Assembly (NCBI GenBank): GCA_963738405.1
Contig: CAVTWJ010000014.1
Location: forward strand, 64,001 to 128,000
From: a candidate division FCPU426 bacterium
GTDB lineage: Bacteria > Oederibacteriota > Muellerivitia > Muellerivitales > Muellerivitaceae
Direction: 5' to 3'
Length of the DNA: 64,000 nucleotides
The notes under the pieces were generated by a model, which saw only the letters and a list, made by a program, of their open reading frames with translations, was not told the origin of the DNA and did not search any database. Positions 19,051-29,502 of the stretch are shown in pieces. The position numbers were made by a program, and so were the translations under genes. Each line of letters starts with the position of its first letter. Position 1 is the first letter of the stretch.

Positions 19051-20285
19051 GAATCCACGCCTCGATTTGGAATCAAATCAAATCTCTTTTCCCCATCGCT
19101 GGCGCGGGTCACTCGAACCTCGGAAACCGCTGGAGCCGTTTGGCCTGTGCGGCCCTCCCCAGGCAAGGCGTAAACTCTAGCGCCATCAGCCACCTCTACC
19201 ATCTCCGCCAGTCTGTTTTTAGAAAGTATTTCCAATCTGCGGCCAATGGAAATCGCGTCCAGCCCCATGAAGGCCTGAAGATCCGTGTTGGAAGCCATCG
19301 TCCGGCCCGCCTTAGCGAGGAAATAAAGAAGCTTCTTGCATACCAAATCAAGCTTCAAATGCTCGTTGACCGCCTCGAATAGATCTTGATACTCGACCCT
19401 TAGGCCCCGCCTTTGGCTTCCCCTCATCATGGCTTCGGAGATGAGATAAAGAAACCGCCTCGGGTTGCCTGCTGAGATGGCCAGGGCCAAGGTGAGGGCT
19501 TCGGGTTCGAGAAAAGCGTCCAACGAACCCTTGAAGCTGGCCTTTTGAAGGCGAAGTTCAAGAAGCTGTCTTAACTCGCTTGAGGTGAATTTTTCCACTA
19601 GTACCATGTGTCGGAAAAGCCCCAGCACTGTGGGCTCGGCGCCTTCTTTTACAACTTGGGCTACTTTGGCGTAAAACTCTTCCTGCAAGGCAACGACAAA
19701 ACTGATTCGGGGAAGCTCCAAGAGAGACTTTAACTCTTCCAAAAGCTGCAAGGTTCTCTCCGAACGCGTAAGGTGCTGGATTCGATCCCCTTTGATTTTT
19801 TCCAAATCATCCACGAATACGATAAGAGGCTTTCTGAGCCGGACGGTTATGGTTTTAACCACTAGAAAAACCCCGTTTTTGCTCAAGTCCCCCTTTTCCA
19901 AACGACTTTCAACGTCTTTCAATAAGAGGCCCTTGGGGCGCGGCAAGACCACCAGCATTTCACGGAGCAGTTCACCTAAAAAATAAGAAGCATCGTCAAG
20001 CGGCACTCCGATGGCGAGACTGTGGAAATCTTTAGGAACTCGACTTTGAAGAATCTTCAAGAGACTGCTTTTTCCCACCCCTGGTTCTCCAGCAACCCCC
20101 GCGTTGGCCTGGGAGAGCATGGCCGAGGTTAATCGCTCGAGAATCTCTTCGCGGCCTATGAAATAATTTAGATTGTGGTCCCGAAGGGAAAGGGTCGTGA
20201 AGGGATCGTACTTTAATCCAAACTGACGGTAGGCGGCACCTGCGGTTTTGATAACGGAATTTTTGGAGCGGTTCTTTTTTTTCAT
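19047..20285 (-). CDS. AAA+ ATPase with a probable C-terminal winged helix
   Basis: FIGRE, GEPGVGKS Walker A, VFVDDLEK Walker B, GNPR sensor. Confidence 0.85.
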   Translation of the reverse strand: MKKKNRSKNSVIKTAGAAYRQFGLKYDPFTTLSLRDHNLNYFIGREEILERLTSAMLSQANAGVAGEPGVGKSSLLKILQSRVPKDFHSLAIGVPLDDASYFLGELLREMLVVLPRPKGLLLKDVESRLEKGDLSKNGVFLVVKTITVRLRKPLIVFVDDLEKIKGDRIQHLTRSERTLQLLEELKSLLELPRISFVVALQEEFYAKVAQVVKEGAEPTVLGLFRHMVLVEKFTSSELRQLLELRLQKASFKGSLDAFLEPEALTLALAISAGNPRRFLYLISEAMMRGSQRRGLRVEYQDLFEAVNEHLKLDLVCKKLLYFLAKAGRTMASNTDLQAFMGLDAISIGRRLEILSKNRLAEMVEVADGARVYALPGEGRTGQTAPAVSEVRVTRASDGEKRFDLIPNRGVDS

Positions 20286-20342
20286 GGTTCCCAGGCTTCT
20301 TTGGAAAAACCCGCTCCTACTTAAGAAAAGCGGAGAAAGATT

Positions 20343-21380
20343 TTATCGGCTCATCGTCAATCGCTCACCGTTCACCAGATAGGGCGTAATCAATCCGGTT
20401 TTCCCTTTGATCTGAACCGCTGGAAGGGCGGTCATATCAAAATAATCATGGCAGACATCCGCCATTTCATCGTTGACCAAAACCTGGCCATGCTTGGCGA
20501 TACCGCAAAGACGGGAGGCCAAATTAACCGTATCACCGATCAACGTGAATTCCATGCGGTTGGCGGAGCCCAGATTACCCACAATGGCCGTTCCGGCGGT
20601 AATGCCAACCCCCAGCCCTATTTCCACCGGCTTGCTGTAGGAGACTTTAAAAGCCTTGTTGAGCATTTCGAACCGGTCCTGCATTTGCAAGGCGGTGCGT
20701 AAAACCATTTTGGAAGCATCTCCCTCGTTTCCATAGGGCCGACGGAAATAGGCAAAGATGGCATCCCCAATGTACTTGTTGATGTCTCCGCCGTTTTGGG
20801 TGATGACTTCCTGCATGGCGGTAAACATTTTATTGAGAATTTCGACCGTTTCCTCGGGCTTCAACATTTCGGTCATCCGGGTGAAACTTCGCAAGTCCGA
20901 AAAGAGAACGTAAACCCTGCGGAGTTCGCCGCCCAATTCGGCGCGGGCGGCCTTGGAGGCCGCCTGGGTTGAAACGCTCGATCCCACGTATTTTTCCAGG
21001 GTCTGCTGCGTTTCTTTCGCCTTGTCCGCCAGGGTCCGGTATTCGGACGCGGCGGTACGGATAATAAGCCTTTGATTTTCTCCTAGGGTCCAGGGAAGAA
21101 AATTTTTCACCCTTTCATATTTAAAGGGAAGTATTTGATTTTCCAAAAACGACGTTTGAAGATCGGCCATGAGGGCGGCCTTGTCAGTCCATGTGACGAT
21201 TCCCCACCAAAGAAGAAGCAAAATTCCAGCCCCGATTGAAATCCACTCCACTTCCACGGGATTGTCCAAAAATTGGGAAGCGACGACCCCCGTCAATACC
21301 GTCAATAGGATAAGTAGGCCTAAAAGGCCGAAAAAACGGTTAATGTGGGATAAAAATTTTATGAGGACGGACGGCAACAC
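20343..21380 (-). CDS. Class III adenylate cyclase with two N-terminal TM helices
   Basis: FSDLRSFT, KYIGDA, FTLIGDTVNLASRL, IKGK. Confidence 0.92.
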   Translation of the reverse strand: MLPSVLIKFLSHINRFFGLLGLLILLTVLTGVVASQFLDNPVEVEWISIGAGILLLLWWGIVTWTDKAALMADLQTSFLENQILPFKYERVKNFLPWTLGENQRLIIRTAASEYRTLADKAKETQQTLEKYVGSSVSTQAASKAARAELGGELRRVYVLFSDLRSFTRMTEMLKPEETVEILNKMFTAMQEVITQNGGDINKYIGDAIFAYFRRPYGNEGDASKMVLRTALQMQDRFEMLNKAFKVSYSKPVEIGLGVGITAGTAIVGNLGSANRMEFTLIGDTVNLASRLCGIAKHGQVLVNDEMADVCHDYFDMTALPAVQIKGKTGLITPYLVNGERLTMSR

Positions 21381-21487
21381 GGTAAAACCTTTGAAAAATA
21401 GGATGAAAGGGATTCGGCTTGAGGGCAGTTTATCGCAAAAGGAAAAGGAAAAACATATGCAAAAAGCGGTGTTTTGATTGCACAAAT

Positions 21488-22918
21488 CTAAACTTGTGTC
21501 AAATCCTTGCCCGCCAAGCGGAGTTTTTCTAAACCTTCGGGGGTTCGGGCCTCCACGTAGCAACGCATGAGCGGTTCGGTACCCGAAAAGCGAACCATCA
21601 ACCATTCTCCGCCGTCCAAGAGAAACTTCACCCCGTCCTTACGGACGATATCAATGACTTTCTTTCCGGCCAGGTCGGTAGGTGGGTTGTCTTTAAGTTT
21701 TGCGGTCATCACTTCTTTCAAACCGTCCTTCAATTTGATGTTGAGCCGATCCGAATAAAAAGCGCCGTATTGCTGGTGAAGTCCCTTTAGAATCGCGGTC
21801 AGAGTCTTGCCTTCTTGGGCAACGACCTCTGCCATTAAAAGGTTCGCAAGTATCCCGTCTTTTTCAGGCACATGTCCGTGAACCGTCAGCCCGCCCGATT
21901 CCTCCCCGCCGATAATGATGGATTCTTGGGACATGATTTCCGCGATGTACTTGAACCCGACGGGCGTTTCTTTTAACTCCACGTTGTTGGCCTTCGCGAT
22001 GGCGTCCATCAAACTGGTAGTGGCGACCGTCCTCACCACACACCCCTTCCAATCGCGTGTCTTCAAAAGGTGGGCGAAAAGAATGGGCAAGACCTGATTA
22101 GGCGTTATAAAAGTTCCATCGGCATCAATTACCCCAAAACGGTCCGCGTCGCCATCGTTGGCGAGTCCCAGATGTGCTGGTAGGGTTTTGACCAAGTTGA
22201 TGGCTTCCTGCAGTTCTTCTTCGCCCGGTTCGGGGTGGTGCCCCGCCCCCCCAAAAAAGGGATCACGGGTATTGTGCATCACCTTGACGTTGACACCCGC
22301 TTCCTGAAGCAAGCTGTCCATATAGCCCAATCCATTGCCATGCATCAGGTCCACCACGATTTTCAGACGAGCCTTACGCAAGGTGTCCATTTGAACTAAT
22401 TGGCGGATCCGCTCAAAGTAGGCGGGCTTGGGATCAATAGGGACCACCAACCCCTTGGATTCGGCCTCGGAATAACTCAGTTCTGGAACCTTGCCTCCCT
22501 GCGTGCCGATGCTTTCTGCCAAGGCTTCCAATTCCAGGGTGACCTGCACGGGTGCCGGACCCCCGTCGGAGCCATTGAACTTGAGCCCCTGATAGGCCGC
22601 GGGATTGTGGCTAGCGGTAAAATTAATGGAACCCGCCGTTTTTCGCCGAACCAGTTCGTAAGAAACCGTCGGGGTGGGGGTGCCTACCGGGCATACGAAG
22701 GAAGTGATCCCGTATCCCGCCAAAACCTTAATCGTTAGCTGTATGAATTCTTCGGTCAGGAAACGATAGTCCCCCGCCACCACCACGCCTTTGGAAGCCT
22801 CACCCGTTTTTTGAAGGTGTTGGGCAATAGCCGCCACCGCAATCTTGACGTTAGCGAAAGTAAAATCTTCCGCAAGGATGGCGCGCCAACCAGAGGTGCC
22901 AAAAGTTATTTTTGCCAT
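21488..22918 (-). CDS. Phosphoglucomutase/phosphomannomutase
   Basis: FGTSGWR, TASHNP, DGDADR, GGEESGG, RFSGTEP. Confidence 0.95.
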   Translation of the reverse strand: MAKITFGTSGWRAILAEDFTFANVKIAVAAIAQHLQKTGEASKGVVVAGDYRFLTEEFIQLTIKVLAGYGITSFVCPVGTPTPTVSYELVRRKTAGSINFTASHNPAAYQGLKFNGSDGGPAPVQVTLELEALAESIGTQGGKVPELSYSEAESKGLVVPIDPKPAYFERIRQLVQMDTLRKARLKIVVDLMHGNGLGYMDSLLQEAGVNVKVMHNTRDPFFGGAGHHPEPGEEELQEAINLVKTLPAHLGLANDGDADRFGVIDADGTFITPNQVLPILFAHLLKTRDWKGCVVRTVATTSLMDAIAKANNVELKETPVGFKYIAEIMSQESIIIGGEESGGLTVHGHVPEKDGILANLLMAEVVAQEGKTLTAILKGLHQQYGAFYSDRLNIKLKDGLKEVMTAKLKDNPPTDLAGKKVIDIVRKDGVKFLLDGGEWLMVRFSGTEPLMRCYVEARTPEGLEKLRLAGKDLTQV

Positions 22919-23057
22919 GGGGGCTAGTTCCTTAAGGGAATAGGAAGGAGGTGAAAGTGTAAGGAAAAAGAAAAAGGGACGCAATGGGTTTGCGCCCCTG
23001 AATTCTCGTGAAACTAAAATTTCCAACAAGTTGATTTCCAGCTACCTCCTCAATAAA

Positions 23058-25559
23058 TCAACCCTGCCATTTTTTGATCTTGTCCACATAAGAAGAGACT
23101 AGATCTTTCGCCGTTTTCTCCGTCTCCGCCTCAGCGGTCACGTGAAAAAAGGCCAGGTCGGCGTCGGGCAGAATCATGACCGACGACCCGTTTTGGGTGA
23201 TCTTAACCCCGTCAATCAGCTCCCTTTTTAAGTTTTCGGTGTCTTCAATCAAATGCCGCATGATGGTTCCCTTCATTTCCCAAGAACAGGGTACCTTTTG
23301 GCTGACCTCGTGTTTTTTAGGAATCTGGGGGAGATAACTGGAAATGGGCTTATGTTCGAGTGCCAAAAATTCCATCAGTTTGGCGGTGGACATCATGGCG
23401 TCCATGTGGGGAGCGAAAGATGTGAAGATAAAACCCCCATCCGGTTCCCCCACAAGGGAGATACCAGGCTGGGTTGCCGCTTCCATGAGGGAAAAATAGG
23501 TCGTACGGGTGCGCTGGACGCTGCCACCATTTGCCTTGGCCAAGTCATCCAGAACCTGGGAAGCGTTGATAGGAACCACGGTCTTTGCGCCCTTCTGTCG
23601 GTGGTAAATGTAGAGGGAGAAAAGGGCGAGCAGCTCGGTTCCACCCAGCAAGTGTCCTTTTTCATCCACCACGAAAATCTTTTCCGCGCCCGCGTCAAAC
23701 AGGACCCCGAAGTGGGCCTTGAGGGTCGGCACAATGTCGGAAAGCTGCTTCAGGGCGGCCTGAAATTGTTCAGGGGTTTTGGTGAGTTTGGATTCATCCA
23801 TATAGGCGTTCAAAGCCACGACCTCGCAGCCCAATTTCCCCAATAGCCATGGAAAGATGGGCGAAGCCGCAGAGAAAGCGTAGTCAATCACCACCTTGGG
23901 TTTGCAATCAACAATGGATTTCACTTCCAAAGCGTCCAAGAAACCTTGGTGATAAAACTCCAACATACGGTGGGGGAAAACCAGCTCGCCGGTTTCTTCC
24001 ATGGTGGCCCGGCGGAAATCTTCCCGATAAAAAAGATTTTCGATTCCCTTTTCCTTGCCAGAGGAAAGGGCAAGACCCCTGCTGTCAAAAAACTTGATGT
24101 CGATGAACTGCTCGTCAAAGGGGCTCTTTCGGGTATGCAGGCCGCCAGCATCGGAAAGTTTGGGCACGGCGTATCGCGCCACGGGAATCGGCATTTCTTG
24201 AAGGTCATGCACGTTGACGCCTGAGGAAAGGATACCGGAGATGAGAGCCCGGTTGATCATGCGGCTTGTTTTGTGGATGTCCCTGGCAGTCAAAACCGTT
24301 GAGCCCTTTGGCAGGGAGGCCCCATAGGCCGCACCCAACTTGCTGGCGAATTCCGGCGTGATGTCAATGCCAGCCATTCCGGTGACTCCGTGTTGGCCAA
24401 AAATGGAACGGGCCCATTTATCGCCCCAGACGAGGGAGGTGGAAAGTTGCGCCCCATCCTCCACGACCTTATTGGGCCAAACCTTGACGCCCGCCTTGAT
24501 GACCGATTCCTTGCCGATGGTGCAATTATCCGAAACGATCACACCCTCGAAGATGTTGGCTTTTTCTTGTACATCCGTACCTGAAGCAATCACGCATTCT
24601 CGAACCTGGGCCTCAGCCCCAATGGCCACATTGCGCCAAAGGATGGCGTTGGTCAAAACGGCTCCCTCCCCCACCTGGCAGCCGTCGCCTAAAACCGAAT
24701 TGGTGATCTTGGCGTGCTTGGCAACGGTACAATCTTTTCCCACCACCACGGTACCGGTCAGCTGGGCGGTGGAATCAATGGTGCTTTTTTCCCCGGCCCA
24801 AATTTCTTTGCCGACCCGGTTTAAACGCGAACCCTGGATGCTGACATCCACCTTGCCTGCGAAAACATCCTGATGGGCCAAACGGTATTGGTCCAAATTA
24901 CCGATGTCCGCCCAATAGCCTTGGGCCACATAGCCGTAAAGAGGCATGTTTTTTTGGAGCATCAGCGGAAAAAGATTTTTCGAGAAATCGAATTCTTCTT
25001 TCTCAGGGATCAAATCCAAAACTTCCGGCTCAAGAATGTAAATACCGGTATTAACCGTATCGGAAAAAACCTCGCCCCAAGTGGGCTTTTCAAGGAAGCG
25101 CTGGATCTTTCCATCCGGCCCCGTAATGACGACCCCAAAGGCCAGGGGGTTTTCCACCCGGGTAAGGATCATGGTGGCCTGAGCTTTGTTTTTCTCATGA
25201 AAGGCGATGGCCGCGCCCAGATCGAAATCGGTTAATACGTCGCCGGAAATAACCACAAAACGTTCTTTTTCAATCATCGACTGGCAATTTTTGACCGAGC
25301 CCGCCGTGCCCAGGTCGCTTTCGGCGGCTTTGTACTGCATCTTCACCCCAAAGTCGGTACCATCCCGAAAATATTCGGTGATGATCTCCGGTTGGTAAAA
25401 GACCACGCTGATGAGGTCGGTCAGTTTATATTTTTTCAAAAGGTCGACGATGATTTCCATGATAGGCCGATTGACCATAGGGATCATGGGCTTGGGCAGG
25501 TTGATGGTTAGCGGGCGCATGCGGGTTCCAAAACCACCCGCCATAATCACTGCTTTCAT
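23058..25559 (-). CDS. Mannose-1-phosphate guanylyltransferase with LbH repeats and a PGM-like C-terminal domain
   Basis: MAGGFGTRMRPLT...PKPM, EKP, hexapeptide repeats, PGM-fold C-terminal half. Confidence 0.92.
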   Translation of the reverse strand: MKAVIMAGGFGTRMRPLTINLPKPMIPMVNRPIMEIIVDLLKKYKLTDLISVVFYQPEIITEYFRDGTDFGVKMQYKAAESDLGTAGSVKNCQSMIEKERFVVISGDVLTDFDLGAAIAFHEKNKAQATMILTRVENPLAFGVVITGPDGKIQRFLEKPTWGEVFSDTVNTGIYILEPEVLDLIPEKEEFDFSKNLFPLMLQKNMPLYGYVAQGYWADIGNLDQYRLAHQDVFAGKVDVSIQGSRLNRVGKEIWAGEKSTIDSTAQLTGTVVVGKDCTVAKHAKITNSVLGDGCQVGEGAVLTNAILWRNVAIGAEAQVRECVIASGTDVQEKANIFEGVIVSDNCTIGKESVIKAGVKVWPNKVVEDGAQLSTSLVWGDKWARSIFGQHGVTGMAGIDITPEFASKLGAAYGASLPKGSTVLTARDIHKTSRMINRALISGILSSGVNVHDLQEMPIPVARYAVPKLSDAGGLHTRKSPFDEQFIDIKFFDSRGLALSSGKEKGIENLFYREDFRRATMEETGELVFPHRMLEFYHQGFLDALEVKSIVDCKPKVVIDYAFSAASPIFPWLLGKLGCEVVALNAYMDESKLTKTPEQFQAALKQLSDIVPTLKAHFGVLFDAGAEKIFVVDEKGHLLGGTELLALFSLYIYHRQKGAKTVVPINASQVLDDLAKANGGSVQRTRTTYFSLMEAATQPGISLVGEPDGGFIFTSFAPHMDAMMSTAKLMEFLALEHKPISSYLPQIPKKHEVSQKVPCSWEMKGTIMRHLIEDTENLKRELIDGVKITQNGSSVMILPDADLAFFHVTAEAETEKTAKDLVSSYVDKIKKWQG

Positions 25560-25793
25560 TTGGAACCACCTTGGTATTGGCTGTGAGCCCTGGAAGGACG
25601 AACGGTTCATTTTATCCGCTTTCACGGGAAAATTGAACTTCCTCACGAGGGAAACCTTTTCGGCAAAACAAACGAGATTCGTTCAAGCTTGTCCTGTTTT
25701 ATGCGAGAAATGTGGAAAGGAAACTTGCAATTTCACCGCTAAAAACCCATTTTAGGGGTTCGTTTTTACCCAAAACTTAAGGAGTTCCACCCC

Positions 25794-27152
25794 ATGAGCC
25801 TGTCAGAACAGGATGTCTTGAACGCCCTTCGTCCCATTAAGGACCCCGACCTGCACCAGGACATCGTGACTTTAGGCTTCGTAAAACACATCGCTATCGA
25901 AGGTGGAAAAGTAAGTTTTGAGATCGAACTCACCACTCCCGCCTGTCCGGTCAAGGACCTCTTCAAAACCCAGGCCCAGGTGGCGGTTGGCAAGCTCCCG
26001 GGGGTCAGCGATGTTGAGGTCAAAATGACCTCCAATGTGCGCCAAGCCCCTACCGGCATCAAAAACCTCAACATGCCCACCGTCAAAAACCTGATCGCGG
26101 TTGCCTCGGGCAAGGGGGGCGTCGGCAAAAGCACCGTTGCTTCCAACCTGGCCCTGGCCCTCGCCAAAACCGGCGCCGCTGTCGGCCTTATGGACGCCGA
26201 TGTTTACGGCCCTTCTATTCCCCGAATGCTGGGAGTACAAGGCCGTCAGCCGGAAACCGATCCCCTATCCAAAAAGATGATTCCCTTTGAGAAACACGGC
26301 ATCAAGTTTATGAGCGTGGGGATGCTGCAGCAGGAAAGCGACACGGCGCTTATATGGAGAGGCCCCATGGCCAGTAAATTGGTCCAACAGTTCCTGGCGG
26401 GCGTTGAATGGGGCGCCTTGGATTACCTGTTGATTGACCTGCCTCCTGGCACTGGAGACATCCAACTGACTCTAACCCAGTCCGTCCCCCTGGCCGGGGC
26501 GGTCCTCGTGACCACTCCTCAGGACGTGGCCCGGCACATTACCCAAAAAGGTTTAAGAATGTTCCAACAGGTTCAGGTTCCCATTATCGGCATCGTGGAA
26601 AATATGAGCGGTTTTGTTTGCTCCCATTGCAATGAGATCACGCCTATCTTTAAGAAGGGCGGGGGCAAAAAAATGGCGGAGGAACTGGCCGTCCCCTTCC
26701 TCGGGGAGGTTCCCCTGGAGCCCTTGATCGCCGAGGATGGGGACAACGGGGTGCCTACGGTAGCCGCCCATCCGGATTCGGCCTCCGGCAAGGCCTATGG
26801 CCTTATCGCCTTGCAAATGGCGGCCCAGCTTTCCATCATCAATGCCGCCACTGTCAAAATTACCAACCGCCCCGAGGAAGTAAATACACAGGACGATAAA
26901 GTGACGGTGATTACCTGGGACGACAAAAAGGTGACCCGCTACCCCAACCGCTACTTAAGAAGCATGTGCCCTTGCGCATCATGCGTAAATGAGGTTACCG
27001 GAGAACGCACGATCAATTTGGAATCCATTGATCCGGAAGTGAAAATCATGGGGGTGGACCCGGTTGGCCGTTATGCCCTACATTTTCAATGGTCCGATGG
27101 CCATGGAACGGGGCTTTATTCTTTCGATACCTTAAGAAAATTGGGTGAATAA
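25794..27152 (+). CDS. apbC: Mrp/ApbC Fe-S carrier ATPase (DUF59 + P-loop + DUF971, HCF101-like)
   Basis: TTPACP, GKGGVGKS, DLPPGTGD, ENMS...CSHC, CPCASC...GRYA...DGH. Confidence 0.93.
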   Translation: MSLSEQDVLNALRPIKDPDLHQDIVTLGFVKHIAIEGGKVSFEIELTTPACPVKDLFKTQAQVAVGKLPGVSDVEVKMTSNVRQAPTGIKNLNMPTVKNLIAVASGKGGVGKSTVASNLALALAKTGAAVGLMDADVYGPSIPRMLGVQGRQPETDPLSKKMIPFEKHGIKFMSVGMLQQESDTALIWRGPMASKLVQQFLAGVEWGALDYLLIDLPPGTGDIQLTLTQSVPLAGAVLVTTPQDVARHITQKGLRMFQQVQVPIIGIVENMSGFVCSHCNEITPIFKKGGGKKMAEELAVPFLGEVPLEPLIAEDGDNGVPTVAAHPDSASGKAYGLIALQMAAQLSIINAATVKITNRPEEVNTQDDKVTVITWDDKKVTRYPNRYLRSMCPCASCVNEVTGERTINLESIDPEVKIMGVDPVGRYALHFQWSDGHGTGLYSFDTLRKLGE

Positions 27153-27419
27153 TTCACAATCTTGTCGTCAGAAAAAAACCTAATATCGTGAAAACACGTG
27201 AGAATTTTTGGCGCCTTTGGAAATATCAAGCATTTCGGGTAAAGAATTCGACCGGCTTAATAAATTCAAGCTTTTAACGCTTTCATAGACATAAAAACAA
27301 CATTTTCAAAAAACACAGGGTTACACTTTTAACCTGATTTAACATCGGATGTGGTCCCCTTCCTCGAATCTCAATGTAAAGTAACTCAAATACATCTTGA
27401 GATTCAAAAAGAGGACACA

Positions 27420-27617
27420 ATGGCCATTGGATTTAAGTTTGAATCGAAGATCAAGATCCTCAACCAGTTCACCTATGACGCCATTTCCGATTTACGCGAA
27501 CTGCTTTGGCGTTGCGGGCAATGCGGGCTACTGGCCCACCGCAAGTGCGGCGTTCCGGATTACTGCCCCTCTTGCGCCGCGCCCCACAGGGAATTCGCAC
27601 TTGTGGAAGAAGACTAA
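27420..27617 (+). CDS. Rubredoxin-like metal-binding mini-protein (65 aa)
   Basis: WRCGQCG...CPSCAAP..F resembles the rubrerythrin C-terminal domain; GAGG RBS. Confidence 0.7.
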   Translation: MAIGFKFESKIKILNQFTYDAISDLRELLWRCGQCGLLAHRKCGVPDYCPSCAAPHREFALVEED

Positions 27618-29401
27618 TTTGAGATTTTTTGGATTTTCTGCAGAAGTTCGCCAGCTGAAATAAACCCTACCGCCCTTAAATCTTTCCGTTCCATCCCGTC
27701 AGGTCCCACAAACACCATCGTGGGTACCCCCATGATTTCGAATTGCTTCTTCAAAGTTTCCACGGGTCCGGAAGAATACTGGGTTAAATCCGCCTTCAAA
27801 AGAACCCATTTCCCCAGGGCCTCACGGACGGTAGGGTCCGGAAAAGTCTTAATCTCCAATTCCTTACAGGGAATGCACCAAGATGCAGAAAAATCCACCA
27901 ATACTGGACGTCCCTCGGATTTGGCTTGTGAAAGAAGCGCAGAATCAAAGGGTTTAAAATATGATTCCACGGGCTTGGGCCAGGATTGAAAAAGCCCAAG
28001 AGCCGCAATGATCAAAACCACTCCGACGGTTCTTTGGAAAGTCTTGAATCCCGCCGAGACCGAATGCCCTGCGAAAACCCAGCCCAACAAGATACCACCC
28101 AATCCCAGGTAGGCAGGAACGGCCATACGGTTGAAACCCTCCGGTAAAAGAGGGCCCAGGAAATAAAGGGGCATCCCTAAGAGCACCAAACCAAAGGCCT
28201 TTTTCACCCAAACCATCCATGTTCCAGCCTTTGGCAAACGGCCAATTTCTCCTGAAAAAAACCCAAGCCAAAGGTAGGGAAACCCTAATCCGAGTGACAG
28301 GGTGAAAAAGAGGATGAATCCAAGGTAAGGGTTGGCCTTGGCGGCCACATAGGTCAAAAGGCCGACGGAAAAGGGGTCCACACAGGGGGCGGCCACGATG
28401 CCGAAAACCAATCCCATCCCCAGGGCGCCCATCCAGCCTTGGGTATTCCCCGCCGCTACTTTGTTTAACAGCCAGCTGGGCGCTTGGATCTCGTACAAGC
28501 CGAACATAGAAAGGGAAAGGACGGTCAAAACTAACGAGATGCCGATGAGAACCAGGGGCGATTGCAGGGTAGAACCCAGGATCTTGCCGGTTAAGGCCGC
28601 CGTCACCCCCAGACTGGAATAGGTAATGGAAATGCCCACCACATAAGCGAAGGCTCGGTTCAGAATCACCAGGGGTTTTTCTGCTTTTTGGGAGCCGAAA
28701 TAAGAGACGGTTAGGGGAATCATGGGATAAACGCAAGGAGTAAGGTTTAAAGCTAGGCCCCCAAGGAAGATAAGAACAAAGGTCAGCAGAATCCCCTTTT
28801 CTCTAAAAAACTTGGCGATGATATTTTCAGGAGCTTGGTTAGAAGAAGCCAAAGGGTTTTGAAACACATCAGGATTAATCGGGGTCACAGCTTGCCCTGG
28901 TTTGCCAATTGAAAGTGTCAATTGCACAGACACTTTACTCGGAGCCATACAAACCTGATCGTTACAAGCTTGGTAATGGACTTGAAGATCTAAAGAAACC
29001 ATCCCTGTCTTGACGGCTGGGCTTAAAACCAGATCCAGGAAAAGGGTAGTGGCTTCCTGATAAACGGCGAATGGTTTCGATTCCCCGGCGAGGGTTTTAG
29101 GAATACCGGCTTCATAACGAACTTTTCCAACAATACTCAAGGGCGAACCGGGGGCCGGAGAAACTTCCAAAGGGATAAAGGACTCGGGCAGGCCTTCATG
29201 AGCGTTAACGTGCCAGCCGTGTTGTATCTTTAGCATCACCGCTGCGGTAAAGGGAACGCCGGGGGCCACGGGTTGAACCGCCGGAAAGGCCCGGGCGAAG
29301 ACGATCGTTCCGGGCCTTGGAAAAAAGGAAGAACTTTGAGCGGGTGAGGAACTGGGGGTTAGAAAAAGAAGGGTTAGAATTGAAAGGATGAAGTTTTTCA
29401 T
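27614..29401 (-). CDS. dsbD: Thiol:disulfide interchange protein DsbD
   Basis: QACNDQVC, LTPCVYPMIP, AAPC, thioredoxin WCIPC, GVPT. Confidence 0.95.
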   Translation of the reverse strand: MKNFILSILTLLFLTPSSSPAQSSSFFPRPGTIVFARAFPAVQPVAPGVPFTAAVMLKIQHGWHVNAHEGLPESFIPLEVSPAPGSPLSIVGKVRYEAGIPKTLAGESKPFAVYQEATTLFLDLVLSPAVKTGMVSLDLQVHYQACNDQVCMAPSKVSVQLTLSIGKPGQAVTPINPDVFQNPLASSNQAPENIIAKFFREKGILLTFVLIFLGGLALNLTPCVYPMIPLTVSYFGSQKAEKPLVILNRAFAYVVGISITYSSLGVTAALTGKILGSTLQSPLVLIGISLVLTVLSLSMFGLYEIQAPSWLLNKVAAGNTQGWMGALGMGLVFGIVAAPCVDPFSVGLLTYVAAKANPYLGFILFFTLSLGLGFPYLWLGFFSGEIGRLPKAGTWMVWVKKAFGLVLLGMPLYFLGPLLPEGFNRMAVPAYLGLGGILLGWVFAGHSVSAGFKTFQRTVGVVLIIAALGLFQSWPKPVESYFKPFDSALLSQAKSEGRPVLVDFSASWCIPCKELEIKTFPDPTVREALGKWVLLKADLTQYSSGPVETLKKQFEIMGVPTMVFVGPDGMERKDLRAVGFISAGELLQKIQKISN

Positions 29402-29502
29402 GCCCTTTTATACCCCAACCCAAGCTTGGGAGTTACAAGTTCAATAAAAAACCCGGGGGTTGGTCCGGATTTCCATGATCCAAACAACCTTCAGCTCTTT
29501 GA

